In this document: positions 37,612 to 51,300 of the stretch, piece after piece
How the letters are laid out: the number at the start of each line of letters is the position of its first letter
How positions within the stretch are numbered: position 1 is the stretch's first letter
The notes under the pieces: model-generated
What the model saw: the letters and a program-made list of their open reading frames with translations, nothing else
Told to the model about the DNA's origin: nothing
Database searches by the model: none
Position numbers and translations under genes: made by a program
Source of the DNA: Guillardia theta CCMP2712
Lineage: Eukaryota; Protista; Cryptophyta
Direction: 5' to 3'
Assembly (NCBI RefSeq): GCF_000315625.1
Contig: NW_005434610.1
Coordinates: 235,698 to 299,697 of the forward strand
Length of the DNA: 64,000 nt

Positions 37612-39008
37612 CTTGTCCCTGCAGACAAGTGTTGAGTGAGCACATCAGCTGCACGACCCTGCGAAATACTCTCCTTCCTTGCTTCCTTCCCTCCCTTCCT
37701 CCCTACCTTTCTCTCCCGCACCTCACCTTCTAAATTCATACAATTATTGGAAAAGGATATAGATCAATCTGTTAGCACAGCCAGAAACCAATAAACTGGC
37801 TGCAAGGAAAAAACACAAACTAGAACTTGTCTTCGGATCATGGAATCTGGAAGAGAGCGAGAGACGATGAGAGACAAGAGGAAGAGATTTCAGTCAGCAC
37901 TTTCGACATTTTGAGATGCCCACTGAGGGTAGGAGGATGGCAAGGGGAGGAGAAGGAGGAGGGGACGACAATCGAGCCAGGATTTCTGCGAGCATTTCGT
38001 TCAAGCTTTCTGGAATGAACAAAGTTCTTTATAGGGGGGTGGGGGTGTAATCAACATGTGTGGGTGGGTGTGAAATGAGTGGGTGGGGGTGAATAAAATG
38101 AGGGGTAATGTTGATCTACGGGATTGGGAGTGAGATATTACCCCCCAAATTCCCAGATTCTTTGAGTGATATGATGGGGTCATCCGATGCTTGTCGAATA
38201 ACCAGGTAGGGTTGATCTAGCGGTGGAATATCAGTGTAGGGTAGGGTGTAAACAGGGTCAGGGGTCAGGGTTTGGGCAAGGTCAGGTCCCCTACCCCTAA
38301 TCAGGTACCCCCCCATTTTTACTTAGTACCCCGTTCTTCTATACCTTTTTATTGGGCCTATTGGGTATTTTGAGTACCCCTACCTACTCGTATTACGCTC
38401 TAAGCCACAAACCTGCCAACTAACAAAACAAAGATATTACCTCGAAAATTTTGAAGGACACCCACTAAGACGTTGAATTTGGGGGTAAAGATCAATTAAT
38501 CCATTTTTTTTCAGTATTGTTCAACGGCCGTTTGCCATGGCCTCGCGCTGCAACAGCAAGGGGTGCATCGGGGGTGGTAAACCAAACCTTGTCATAATTT
38601 GAAATATCACCCAAAATTCCAAATTATATGTGTAATTTTGAAACTTCTGTAACCTTTGTTATGTCAATTTTTGAGAACTAAAATATACTCCTATATTTCA
38701 AAACATCATCAAAAGGTTCAGGAGACTACATGAAATTGGTTTCGCAGGAGCGGGCGCAATGCAGCCAAATGCAAGGAGGTAGTTCCTGAAGCGCCCTCGA
38801 CGGTGGAAGGCGACTAGATTGCAGGAGCAGTTTGAGAGCCAAGAGATCGATTGAAATTCATGAAATCTGAAATTGAAAGGAGATCATAGGACAGGAGGCA
38901 ACAGAGATTGGTGGATAGGGGTAGTGCAGCGACCGCAGCCAAACAAGCTTTACGGCAGGGAGTCAAACAGGAGCCCTTGAGGTTATCATCGTCAACTCAA
39001 ACAACAAG

Positions 39009-39479
39009 ATGAAACAGTTCTTATCCACCCGTTGCGTTTGGCTGGGCCTCATTCTCTTCGTCGACCTTTCGCTCCATTGTGAGGGGGGGACCCTGCTTCG
39101 GTTGAGAGGAGGTGGGAGGGGACTGGTAGGTGCCATCCGCAAGTCGCAGCGTGTAACGGGGAAATCTCACAACCTGGGCTGCCTGACCACTCTGCCCTCG
39201 GGTTATGATTCCATCAACAAGGCTCGCATCAAGTACTACAACGATTACTTTTCAGTGGTGCGGGAGAAGGAGACCCAGGAGGGCAAGATTGCAAAGCGCA
39301 GGTCGAAAGATTATGTTCCAGCAAAGCTGCATCTGATGAAGCCTGCGAAAGCCAAGAAGTTGAAGACCATTCACAGACAGAAGATGAGAGAGCTGGGGCT
39401 TCCTCTTTGGTCGAATCCCCAGAGAGCGAACTATCTCAAGCAGGTTCGAGAATCAAGGAGGAAAACGACAAGGCGATAG
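39009..39479 (+). CDS. Hypothetical basic protein with a signal peptide followed by LRLRGG
   Basis: 156-aa ORF with a hydrophobic N-terminus, TLLRLRGG at residues 28-35 and a K/R-rich remainder. Confidence 0.7.
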   Translation: MKQFLSTRCVWLGLILFVDLSLHCEGGTLLRLRGGGRGLVGAIRKSQRVTGKSHNLGCLTTLPSGYDSINKARIKYYNDYFSVVREKETQEGKIAKRRSKDYVPAKLHLMKPAKAKKLKTIHRQKMRELGLPLWSNPQRANYLKQVRESRRKTTRR

Positions 39480-39839
39480 GTATCTAGAGAGCAAATGGAT
39501 GCTGGATATCACTGCCTTCGTTTTGCAACAGAAGGAGGGTCGCTCTAGAGCTTTCTTTCAGGCTACCTTGTCAGTGTTGAGTGTCTATCCGGTGGAGTCG
39601 ATCTCTTTGGTGAAGTGTGAAGATTTTTTTTTTCTTGAATACACTGTCAGAGATCAGAGAGTATGATAATACAGATTAAACACACTCTCGACGAATCCTT
39701 TGGTTTGCAAATATCCTTTAGTTCCTGAAATGATGTGTACTTCGTTGAAGTTAATCATTTGTAATCCCTCCCTCCGTTAGTAGATTTTTGATCTATCTCC
39801 GTCGAAGACGATCACAACCATCGTCAAGCTTGATACGTG

Positions 39840-39965
39840 ATCGGACAGGACTGAGAGACCCGGCAGGCTCTCAGCACTGCCTGGCCGGATCCGACCGGGG
39901 CCCCCGGGCCGGCGGCGGCCTGAGTCATCGGCACTGGCCCGGGCCGCATCACTGATTGATCGGAC
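39840..39965. promoter_or_regulatory. Palindrome-dense upstream core
   Basis: CCGGGGCCCCCGGGCCGG, CCTGAGTC and GGCCCGGGCC upstream of the 40158 gene. Confidence 0.45.
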
Positions 39966-40157
39966 GGTGACAGTGGGATCAACAGTCTATAAATCATCCC
40001 CCTCATTCGCATGCTCACCCAAACAATCTGCAAACAATCGCTACGCGATGCCGCATTCAAGTTTGTGGGGTCAAGGGGCAGAACGGAGAGCGGGTGAAGT
40101 GAGAGGAGAGAGGAGAGAATGAAGTCAAGCTCGGAGGGAAGTCTCCTCGTCTGAAGG

Positions 40158-42447
40158 ATGAGATACCTGGAAATCGTCGCACTCCTCACCTTTATGGCCG
40201 CCATGACGGCAGTCATGGGAGCGAGCAAGTCGGTGTATCTGAGCGTGGTGATGGTGATGCGCAACGATAACTACGGGGAGAACCTCCTTCATCGTTTCAA
40301 CAGAACCATCGCAAGCTTGTCCGAGTCTGCGTCTCTTTACCGTCTAGACTACGAGATCATCGTAGTTGAATGGGATCCGCCAGGATCTCGTCCACTTCTC
40401 CGAGAGGTCAGAGGACCTGGCCCCGAGTTATGCCTGACCTGCTGATGAAGGCGCTTGTCTGGCCCAAGAACATACCACGGTTGCACATCATCACAGTTCC
40501 TCAACATGTCCACAAGGAGGTAAACTGCAGGTGAAATGGATTCATCCGCCGTCCCCTCCCATCTCTGACTCGATCTCCCCAGGGGATGGGAATACGAAGC
40601 CAAGAACCTTGGGATATCCCAGGCCGAGGGGTCTTTCATCCTGTGCATGAACTGCGATGTGATCCTCTCTCCACGCCTCGTCAAGTTTTTGAGTGAGAAG
40701 GTGAAGATAGATATTTCGACACGTTAGCTGTCCTTCCTCACTCGAGTCGTGAATAGACCCTGAAAGATGATTGCTATTACCGTGTGGACCGTTATGATTG
40801 CATTGAGTTGATTCCAGAGAGCATGACCGCCGTCCAGGTCGATTTTGTTTACAAGAGTCATGTATTCTTATTTCAACATCGCAGGCAGCCAAACATTGTC
40901 AAGACCATTCAGGTGGGAACATAGAGTTATGTTTTACCTTCTTGACAGTCTCGGGTTGGAACGACAGTCCGTTTGCTGCGATCTTGGGGATTGGAATGGT
41001 TTCCTGCTCCAGACTCACCAACACCACAGGTCGATCTTGACAACAATGTATTGTCCAATTACTCTTTACATGTGCATAGATTGAAAGTAGAGAAGCATTG
41101 AAGGAGTACGAAAGAAGGGGCTTAACGACAGAATTTCACGGAAAGCACATCAAAAAGTCTTTATTTGTCGTATCAAGCGGATGATGTGTAGTGATACCCT
41201 TTCACAAGTCTCGGAGAGCTGCACCACACTGCATCAGGGGATTTCATGTTGATGCATTCGAAGCACTGGCAAGATCTGAGGTCGGTTCCTTCCTGTCTCG
41301 TTTTCGACGCTGATGTGGTGCCCCAGAGGGTTTCAAAGGGATTCATATTGTTCGTCCTACTGCGATAATCACACAGGTCATCAGCTTTGCATTGAGCATG
41401 TTGGGCTTTCTGTTTGAAAGGATTAGCACAGATTCCTACTTGGTTGCTGCCGCTGCTGCAAAAGGTACACCCCAACTTTGTTGCGCCTTGATCACGGACA
41501 GATATCTCGGATAAAACATGTCCGCTAAACATTTCATAAACTCTTGAAACAGGATTGAGACAAGTTTATCTCAAACCACCAATGGCCATCTTCCATCAAG
41601 AGCACCAACGAAATCGAGCTTCGGGTATTTTCCTCGTGTTGACCTGATCTCTCTTGACTTTGACACAGCAAATTGTTCGTCTGAAAACTGGATGAGATTC
41701 CAAGCGGCAGCTTCAAGGATGCTGGCCGGTACTGAGAGCTCCTACACACACGCCCTGAGGTTTCTTTTTCCAGTGCAAACTCCGATAACTACCAACGACC
41801 TGCACGGATGGCATCTGGATGCCTCGACTTGCGATCTGTTCAACATCTCCACCGTTCCATCGGCTCTATCCGCATCCAAGTCGTCTAAAGATGATCCCAA
41901 TGATGATGAGTTCAGGGCAAACTACCTTTGCTCAGGAAAAACGCACATTCGCGGACCTTGGAAGAGACTGGTCACCACTCCGATCTTCTAACTCACCTGG
42001 CTGAGTTCAATGCAGGAAGCGTACCTGCTAGTGGCCAACGGACTTGCTTCTCAGGGTATCGACTTGCTTTCCGATTCCGACTCCCTTTGATCCACTTGTC
42101 AGGTTTGAAGCTCGCTGCTCTCCAGTGCTACGCTGGTGCTCTAGACCTGGTTGTACAATCGAGCAGCAGCGGAGGCGTCCTGGCGGGACTGATCTCGAGG
42201 GTTCTCAGAGGGGAAGAGGAGAGTTGGAAAACAAGCCCGTCCTCTTACATCGCAGACTGGAAATCGTTGACTGAAGATCGCAAAAGGACGTTGTTACATC
42301 TCATGTCTAGCGCTGGTGAGCGAAATAGTTTACTTGTAATGTACATTGGAGGGTATCTGACCATAAAACCCAGCCTTGGCCCTCGCAGCGGAGGGCAGAG
42401 TCTCAGAGGAGCTTTTGTTGCTCTCTAACCAGCTGTCTCGCAGCTGA
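40158..42447 (+). CDS. Secreted or Golgi GT-A fold glycosyltransferase-like protein
   Basis: Signal peptide, LSVVMVMRNDNYG, YEIIVVEWDPP, EYEAKNLGISQAEGSFILCMNCDVIL and ASGDFMLM. Multi-exon. Confidence 0.65.
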
Positions 42448-42563
42448 AGGAGATAAAAAACTCTCTGACGGAACCTCCAGGACACAGGCTCTGTCCCCTA
42501 CTCAGGTCGCGTTCTTTCCAAGAGCTCAGTCCACCTGTCCTTTCAAGCAGCCATCCTTGCAGC

Positions 42564-45304
42564 TCACTCTAAGAAATTGCTGGGATAGTGCCCCTTTCCG
42601 CCTGTCTCGGTGATCTGATGCACTTTCTTACCGAGGCTCCTCATTTCCTTCCGGAAGTCAACAAGCGACGCCAGCACAAGCTCGACGTCAGTCTGCAACT
42701 TCAAGACGTCTTTCTGAACTCTCCCGTCATCTTCCTCCAGCGTCGCTTCCTCCTGGCACATGAAGTCAGCAAACGATTTCGTACGAAGAGTCTCAGGCAC
42801 CCTTCCAGACGCCTCCTCGCCGCCACGGTGATCTACTTGGATTGGGTGGACAGTGGTCCCGATGACGTGTGATAGCTTGTCACGCAAGTAGGACATCAAT
42901 GTCACTTTCTCTTCTTGCTCCCTTACGATCTCATAGCTCTCCATGATGATGGCGACAAACATGTTGAGGAGGAAGCAGATGGACAGGATGGTCCACAACG
43001 CGAAGTAAATCCTGCCAGTGACCCAGTTGTACCTGAAGGTTGGATCAGCGCAAGAGAACGAGGGGCGGAGAGCAGAAAATGCAGGCAGGGAAGCGCCGGA
43101 AAGGCAGGCGGTGAAGCGAATTACTTGTAGATGGAGTCGTAATCCCAATCGCCCAGGCACATCCGGTAAAGCGTCATGAGAGTGGTAGTCCACGTGGAGT
43201 AAGAGCTCATTTGATTTCCGTAGGTCAGCATGAAGGTGAAGACGAAGCTGGAGGGATCCAAGTTATATGCAACTCTCGTCTATACGCGCACATGAGAGGC
43301 TGAGAGGAGGACATGAAGCCAGGATGCCGTGGGCCAGAGGAGGGAAAGGAGTACCAGAGAAGGGGAAAGACGTGAGGAGAAAAAGGAAGGAGCACCGGAG
43401 GACGGGCAGTACAGGAGGAGTGAAAGGAGCAGCAGACAGGAGGAAGTATAGGAGGAGAGGACGCAGCAGGCGAAAAGGGGACCACGGGGCAAGACTGTTA
43501 CCCGTTGAGCGCGACAAAAGTACAGAGCATGAAGGCAGCAACATCCTCCACGCAAGCTCCCATGATTCTGATCAACCGAGACATGAATGGGATGTGGCCG
43601 AAGTACTTGAAGCTAGATCAGTAGCTGGTAACCAGGTCGGGGAGGAGTTTACCTTGAACATCTTGAACCACGTGAGGATGGCGTTGAACCCCATCACATA
43701 TTTCCACTGCCATCGATCGTCAGGAGCAGCAAAGAGTCAACAAGCGATGGGCACAGACCATGCTGACCATGTTGGCAGCTGGGGCGTAGTAGACAAACTC
43801 GTTGTCAGCAGGAGGAAAGTTGGCACTCTGGAGACAAGCAGTCAAAGTTTCTGGTCGAATGATGTTGACAGGTGAACAAACCTTGGCATTGAGCAAGGCG
43901 CCATATCTGAGACCGAAGGCAACGTAGAACAAGACGAAGTTGACCCAGTCGATGACGGTCCACAAGGACTTCCAGTACTTAGTGAACCCGAGCTTGTACC
44001 AGTGCCAGAGCGACAGGACATGGTATCCGACTACCATGAACAGCATCACGGCCTCTGTTCCCCGAATCGAGAAGACAAGAGTGAGTAGAGAACCAGCTCG
44101 CTATCGAGATGATGTTCAACCTGCGATCAAGTCGACGGCTGATCCTTGGTCGCTGTCAAGCTGAGTCAAGGGAGAAAATAAACAGTGCAGTTGCGAGGCA
44201 CCTATAGAGATGCTTGATGTTCAGAGTGATGACTTGAATGAAAGCTGATATCGAGCCTGCTTCATCCTCTTCGTAGATGAGTTGAACCACCTAACGCGGT
44301 CAAGGTGGTGAGACCGACAAGGGTGTGAGGAGCATAATGCTTACTGCCATCAGATCTGTCGCCAGGTTGTACATCGCAAACTCAACAATCACAGCGCGCG
44401 TTTGCCTACCATCACGTCAGAAGTAACGAGCTCCAACTTGCCCTACTTGTCGATCCAGCGGTCAGTCTTGAGCTGTGAGATCTTCGCAATTGCATCTGTT
44501 TGGACCGTCAGGTTCCTTGCCGAGGGGATGTCCTCTGCGAAATAGTGAGCCGGACAAGGCAGCCAACCCTCCTCCTCCACCTCTGTATCCTCCCCCCGAA
44601 TACGCGTTCAGCACCCCCCGCGTTGAGCATCCAACTTTGCACCCGAGCTCGAGCGCCGTCTGGTAGTTGAATTTCTTCATATTGATGTCTGTCGCGTACG
44701 TGGGCCCGTAGGGCGCGCGATCCTCATTGGAGCTGGAGTACGGTCCGTAGCATATGTCCGCGTACTTCGCCATCTTGCTGCCCTTCATCATGTTGCAAGT
44801 GTTCGGCTTCACCCGCACCTGACGCGCTGAGATCGTTCCGAGCAGCATGAACTTCATGTTCACCTGCCGAAGCTCGTCTGAATTTAGCGAGTCGCCATTG
44901 TACCACGTGACCGGGAGCACAGCAGGAACGAATGTGGTCTGCATGAAAACGTACCAATCCCCTGCTGAGCTGATCGACTCAAACGACGACAACTCGTTCC
45001 TGATGCTCTGGGCCAGGCTGTACGATTTGGAGCCCCCTTGCGCATTCATGCAGACCCAAGTGAAGATGATAAGGAAGATTATGTATACCAGACTCTCCCA
45101 GAAACGAGGATTGTTAGTAAAGATCCCTTCTTTGAGCTGCTGCAGCACGCTTGAACGTCGGCGGACAGCTGGTTCGTGGGGATCTTCATCGTCATCTTCG
45201 AAGGTACTTCCGTTAGGCACTATACTTCCCTGTTTCTTCTCTATACTCTTCTCAAAGTTTGTCTTTACCTTCTTGCTCACCACAAAACGCGGCTGGATCA
45301 CCAT
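42564..45304 (-). CDS. PKD2: Polycystin-2-like (TRPP) cation channel
   Basis: LLGTISARQVRV, YSGGGY, YWKSLWTVIDW, LTWFKMFK/YFGHIP, pore TLYRMCLGDWDY, S6 FLLNMFVAIIMESY and a C-terminal coiled coil. Confidence 0.9.
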
Positions 45305-45634
45305 CGAACTTGTCGGACCACCTTATTTTGAGAGTTCAAGTCAGAGGCTTTACATAGTATTTTGATGATTGCTCTTGAATCCTCCGTTCTCAACTCTACT
45401 GCGCGTTTTACTTTTGATCCGATCTGCTCTTATCGCCTTAAGGACTCAGACTCTGCGAACTGACTCCTAGCTCAATAACACTGCCACGCGCTCTTCCGTT
45501 CTCCTGCTATAGCTGTCTGGCTCTTGCTCACTTCTCCTCCTCATCTCCTCCTCATAGTCTCTGCAGCCTTCTGCCCTCTTGCCGTCGCCCATGTTTTTAT
45601 TTTATCGCTTTCATTGTCAGTTGACAAGAAAAAA

Positions 45635-45790
45635 ACGGCCGGGCCTGCGCGGGGAAGGGGCCCACCCAAATCTGGCCCCGGGCCCGATTGCCGGTCCGGG
45701 TCACTGAGTGACCAGAGGCTCACTTTACTGGAATCACGGCCCGCGGTCACGGCACCCGTCGAAATGTCTGAGGCAGGCCCGCTCACTGTC
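45635..45790. promoter_or_regulatory. Palindrome-dense core of a divergent intergenic region
   Basis: GGCCGGGCC, GGCCCCGGGCCC and GGTCACTGAGTGACC (an inverted repeat) between PKD2 and the GST-like gene. Confidence 0.5.
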
Positions 45791-45925
45791 AACCAAGGTT
45801 GCGATCAGAACACGCGGACCCCTACCTTTCCCCTTGTTTTACTAGAAGGGGTGGGTGGTTGACCCCACGGTTTCCGTCCCCTGGGGAATCGAAGCCTGAT
45901 AGTCATTGGACAGAGCCCTGCCGAC

Positions 45926-47058
45926 ATGCTGGCGGCGTTCGCTCGGCTGGTCAGCGGAGACTTCAAGGAGATCTCGAGGAAGAAGCAGCGACCGCAGATG
46001 GTTACGATCCCCTTCTCCCACTACGTTGAGTTTGCGCGCTGGTCTCTGTTGTACGCTCGGGTGCAGTTTGACGAGCATCCCTTCACCCCTGGCGATCACA
46101 TTCTTCCCACGTTGTCGGTTCGGCTGGCGGACAAGCAGAAGGCAGCGAAGGGTTCGGATGGTGATGAGAAGGAGAACTTGACACTCGTCCCTTTGGTTGT
46201 TCTCCCCGAAGGAGAGGTGCTTAACGACAGCTGGACTATTGCGCAGAGGCTGTCAGGTATGGGGGGTATTGACCCGGAGTTGAAGGAGTTCTTGAACCAG
46301 CAGTGGGGTCCTCAGACACGAGCGTTCGCCTACTCGTTCCTGTTGAAGAAAGGGAATTCTCAGACCTGGAAAGATCTCATCACGTCTGTCGGAGGGTGGT
46401 GGTTACAAATCAAGTTTTTCCTCTTCTACGACAGCATACTGAGGTGCGACGGGAATGGTCGTCTCTGTACTCTGACTGAGAGGTTTCTCCCGTTGCCGTC
46501 CAATTATCCAGGAATCATTTCCGATCAGTCCGACCGGACGATCCTGAAGCTCTCAAGGAGCTCATCGCAAAGATGAAAGCGTCCGGTGAGTTCTTTCAAC
46601 GTCATCGCAGAGCCATCGCCGCTCATATTTTCTTGTTGGCAGTCAGCACCCTGGATAGTTATTTCGACAAGGCTGGAGGAAAGAAGTACCTTGGTGATGG
46701 CAAGGGATCAGATCAGCCTGGCATCGCTGACTTCGCCTTGGCGGCTCTGGTTTGTCTTGAGCTCTCGGCCCCTGGACTCTCCTCGTTGGCTCATATTCGT
46801 GCAGACTGCTCCCTGCGTCAACCCTCCTAAGTTCTGCGGAGGAATGTACTCGGATTTCTTCGACGGGATGATCAAGAAGGTGTCAATGTTACTATCGTAT
46901 TGCTCTCTTGAATGATAAGCACAGGATCCGGAGTACAGCGCCAGCATCAAGGAATTCCGGGTACGTTTGCAAGCTTTCGTTGTTCCTATCTCAGCGTCGA
47001 GATGCAGGAAACAAGGACGGGCAAGTTTTGCCTCGACATGTACGAGCAACATCGATAA
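45926..47058 (+). CDS. Glutathione S-transferase-like protein
   Basis: MVTIPFSHYVEFARWSL, VPLVVLPEGEVLNDSWTIA, YLGDG..PGIADFALAAL, TGKFCLDMYEQHR*. Confidence 0.75.
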
Positions 47059-47379
47059 ATGGTGCGGTGAGCGAATGCAAAGCACAGCGAAGGATAACAA
47101 TCTGTGCGGTGCGAGTGGGTAGGACACTTCTCCAAAAGAACAACTACTCGTGTTTTCAGAAGGCAAAATCAAGCGCTGTGGATGTTGCGTATCTTCGATT
47201 TAATTTCCTTTGTCACTTGCAGTGTCACTTGCTCGTCATAAAGGTGCCATTGCTATAGCATTGCACGTGTCGTCACATCCCCATCACTATGTATGATGTA
47301 TCACAAGTCAGTAGAGTGGCCGACACTATCATCATTCATTCAATGACAAACACTGTCGGTCTGGCATGCTCCACCAGCT

Positions 47380-47604
47380 CTAGTATCCGCGCACTGCCAT
47401 GCGCTGCTGGTTGTTGCCGGGAGGCTCATCGTTGGAGTCGATGACGGTGTTGGGGGTGATGCCGTTTGCGTTGTGCGGCTCCGCCCAGGTGTTGATGGTG
47501 TTGACATCCTTGAGGAGGGCATCGACGTCGTTGCCGTTGGCATCGAGAGTGAGCATGGTGAAGTTCTGGCGAACTTCAACGTATTGACGAAGAATAGCGA
47601 ACAT
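47380..47604 (-). CDS. Small 74-aa hypothetical protein
   Basis: Strong C-ending codon bias (AAC, ACC, ATC, GAC). The ATG directly follows a CAG acceptor. Confidence 0.6.
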   Translation of the reverse strand: MFAILRQYVEVRQNFTMLTLDANGNDVDALLKDVNTINTWAEPHNANGITPNTVIDSNDEPPGNNQQRMAVRGY

Positions 47605-48301
47605 CTGCTCAGAGATTCAGTACAAGTCCAGATATGAACCGCCCCGTCTCTAACTTTCAACATCCTTCGGATAGACGGTCAAACAGAGTCAAATTCTGGT
47701 ATGATTTCAAGACGAACAACATGGCCTCGCTTTTTCAAAATCAACTCGCATCCCTGTCAGTCTCCTCTTTGTCATATTCTGTCTGACTGTCTCAAGAGAA
47801 GAAAAGGATACTTTCCATGAGTTCTGTCTCAGAGAAAGAAATCCTCCTTGCGTTCATAACTAGTTCCAGTTTCACTATGGTCGCCTCAGGACAAACAAGG
47901 ACTAAACACAAATATCTCCGTGTATTCACATCCCTCCTAGCCTTGAACATGCACCATACTCTTGGGTCTGTTCTATCCCTCGGGCCTGCCCTTCCTTGAT
48001 CCTTCTCTCCTTTCCTCTCGTCTTGTCGTTTCCTTCCTCCATCCTTAGGCCATTTTTTGCCTTTATGAAGAACCCCACCACCCCAACTTGTTCCTAGCCC
48101 TGTTTAGTACCCTACCCCCTTTCAACACCACCCCATGTAGTGTGTTTCAATGCACCCCTACTTGATCTATTTCTCGTCTAACCCTACCTCACGCAGTCAT
48201 ACCGAAATGAACCCCCTACCCCCACATTGGATTTTCCACGGCAGCTTACAAGGACAGTATCGAAATAGACAACTTGATATCAACGAGCCTCTTAGCTCCG
48301 A

Positions 48302-51300
48302 CTAATACTGATCGATCTCCGGCTCCAACTCGAACAGCTCCTCCTCCCGCTTGCTCCGCAGGTTGAGGTCCTGAAGTCCAGAGATCACTCCCTCGTTCTT
48401 CAGGTTGCTCGCTTCTGTCAGAGTGTTCTTGTCAACTCTCGTCTCCATCAAGGCGATGGTTGCTTTCTCCTCAGTGGCAACCCCGATGTAGTTCCCTTCA
48501 ACCTGGTGCGCAGGAGGAGCATCTTCAGTCGAGAGCTCCCAGCAGGGCAAGAGCAGGCCTACCTGACAGAACCGGAGGACCAGCCCAGTGCCATCGCCGA
48601 CTGCTATAGCGCCGAACTCCTTGTTCCCCACGACCCTGCACCGCACACAGATCCCGCACCCGCCGTCCTCCACATGGACGCCATGCGCGTTGCCAACGAG
48701 GTCGGAGTTGATGAGGTCGAAGCTGGACCCGGAGTTGAAGGAGCTCACCGCCGACTCCTTGTTCTCCTCTAGCCAGCAGTTGATGAGGTGCAGGTACCCG
48801 CCTCTGGTCACGCAGGCGCCCTGAAACTCGTTGCCCCGGATCCTGCAGGAGGTCGCCCTGATGAGCGACACTGGGTCCGTGCAGTACAGGCCGCTCTTGC
48901 CGTTGAAGCCAAGGTCACAGTCTTCCAGTTTGACCTGTCAAGACGTCTCAACTGCTATCAAGGTCATCGAGGCCTCCACCTGACCACCGTTGACGCAGAC
49001 CACTCCGTCCCCCCCGTTGTGGCTGAAGGAGGAGGAAAAGCATTCGACGTCGGAGCGGAAGTCAACGAACAGTCCTACCCCGCCCTCACAGAGGACGGTG
49101 CATCGAGATATGGTCAACTTCCCTTGTTCTGCCTTGAGGCAGCTCGTCCAGACGAAGGGCAAGGAGTCGCGGACGTACTCTGGCCCAATGAAGGAGTGCC
49201 GGAAGCTCAGTCCCACCAGAGAGATATCGGACTCTTCGTCCTTGCAGGACAGTATCGCGCTTTTGTGCGTTGATTCCAGCCACACGCTCCCCTGCGGTTC
49301 TGAGGCGTCACGAGGATGCGAGGGAAGGAGCTCACAGACCTGCAGGTCCGACCGTGTCTGGATCGTTATGCAACCTACGGGGAGCAGGGAGGAATCTGAG
49401 AACAGACAACGTTACGGACCGTAACAGCGAGAAGGGCGTTTGAGGACCGTTGAGGGTGGAGATGTTGCGGATCACGGTGATGAAATCGTCGACCCCTTCA
49501 CATCGACCGAGGGCATGGTCGACAGTCGGATGGGCGGTCGTGAAACCGTCGCAGGCCCTGCACACGACTGCAGCACGCTGTAGCTCCTGAGGCGTGCTCG
49601 GCTTCCCTGATTCAGCACAAGTCACGGAGGAGAGAAGAGAAGTCCTCTCAACCTCTTGTGATGGCAGCTGCCTTTGTCTTCTTGCGTTTCGGTTTCTTGA
49701 TGAGGACGTTCCACGATGAAGTATTCAAGGTGCGTGAAGCCTGCTGGGCTGCAGATCCCTCTTTTGCGGCGAGATCGTGTTCGACGACGGAAGGAAGTTG
49801 TTTCAACACGTTTCCTCCCACTGCCTGCCGTCGAAGGGAGACAACAAACACATCCATTCCCCTACAACAGGTTGAGCGGCAAAGACATGGGCAGCGCTAC
49901 GCGCAGAATCCTTACCTTCTAAACTTCAACGACACTGAGCTCCCGACCGGGCCGAGGATGTATGGAGCCAATTGCTGCACATAGAGAAGACGTGGCAAAT
50001 GTGAGGCACAGAAGATGAACAAAAGAATAGGAGGAAGTCGTTGAAGACCAAAATCATCCCTTCCTCGTCTTCTCCTTCCCGTTCTCCTTCTTTTTTTCGC
50101 TCTTCCAAACCCTCTTCTCTCCATCCCTCTTCTCTCCATCCCTCTTCCTCCATACTTACATGAACTTCCATCCCCTTCGTGCTCTTATCTCCAACGGACA
50201 GCAAAATGTCCCCTGGCTTGATCTAGGCATCAAAATCAACCGAAGGTTCTTGCCAATCAGAACATCCAGTATGCACCTTCCCAATTTTTCGTGCTGGACT
50301 ATCAGGAAGAATTTGATCGACCACCGGCAGATATTCCTTGCTATCCTCGTAGATCTCTCCTGATTTTTCCCTTGTTTTTGTAATCGACTTTTGGCGTAAG
50401 ATAGTCTGCCGAAGCTCAAAGACAACGCCTATGCCCCCAAAGCCTTTCGGCTTCTCCGTGGCATCCTGAGCATATCCAGTCAGAATGGGGTCATAGAGGG
50501 AGGAAGACACACCTTTGTCAACGGCATGAGCTCAGTCTTGCTTCGATTCACTTGCCTCTCTTTTTCTATCTTTGTCTGGTTTAACGCTTCTGCCTTCTTC
50601 TTTTTGTTGTACTGTTGCAGAAGTTGTCGGTTTCTCAGCTTAATAATTCATCATGTTCCTTACCGCGTCAACTTTCTCCATCATATCGGCAAGGTACTGC
50701 TCTGCGTAGGCATTATCCTCTGACTCATTCTGATCAAACGTTGCATGACAAATGTATCAGGACAGGAATATCACACGGCCAATCATTACAAATTCTGACT
50801 CTGGCCTCTCATACTGCTCGGATTCTGGATGAAGTCTCCTATAGGCTTGATAGGCCTCAGATGTCTTCCATTTGTCGGTGATGTTCAACCTGCATGCATT
50901 TCAAAGAAGAGCTGGAGTTGAGGTCAGAAGTCTCACCAGTCTGATTCATCCGATACAGAAACATTCTCCATCAGCTTGTCTATCTGGTTCATCTTCCCCA
51001 TGTCCCAAACGTAGTAGTCTTGCGTTTCAGTCTTGTAGTGCGTGATGGCATCACCTACAAGCAGAAACCAGGTGACCGTGAGATCTGACATATCATGTAG
51101 CGAGAATAAACACAAAAGATAGAACATGACAAGATAAGGTGAGATTACGGATTTCGAACTCCTTGATCTTTGAATCATTCATGCACTTCTCCGCTGACGC
51201 GTGCCAATGATCGAACAATTGTCGAAATGCTTCTGACTTCAACCTTTCTTGCTTTCTCTTCTCTTTCTCCTTATCTTCCTTTTGCTTCTTCTTTGACATC

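Noticed and set aside
38235-38300. Interstitial telomeric repeat
   Set aside because: The G-runs are irregular and do not form a tandem TTTAGGG/TTAGGG array.
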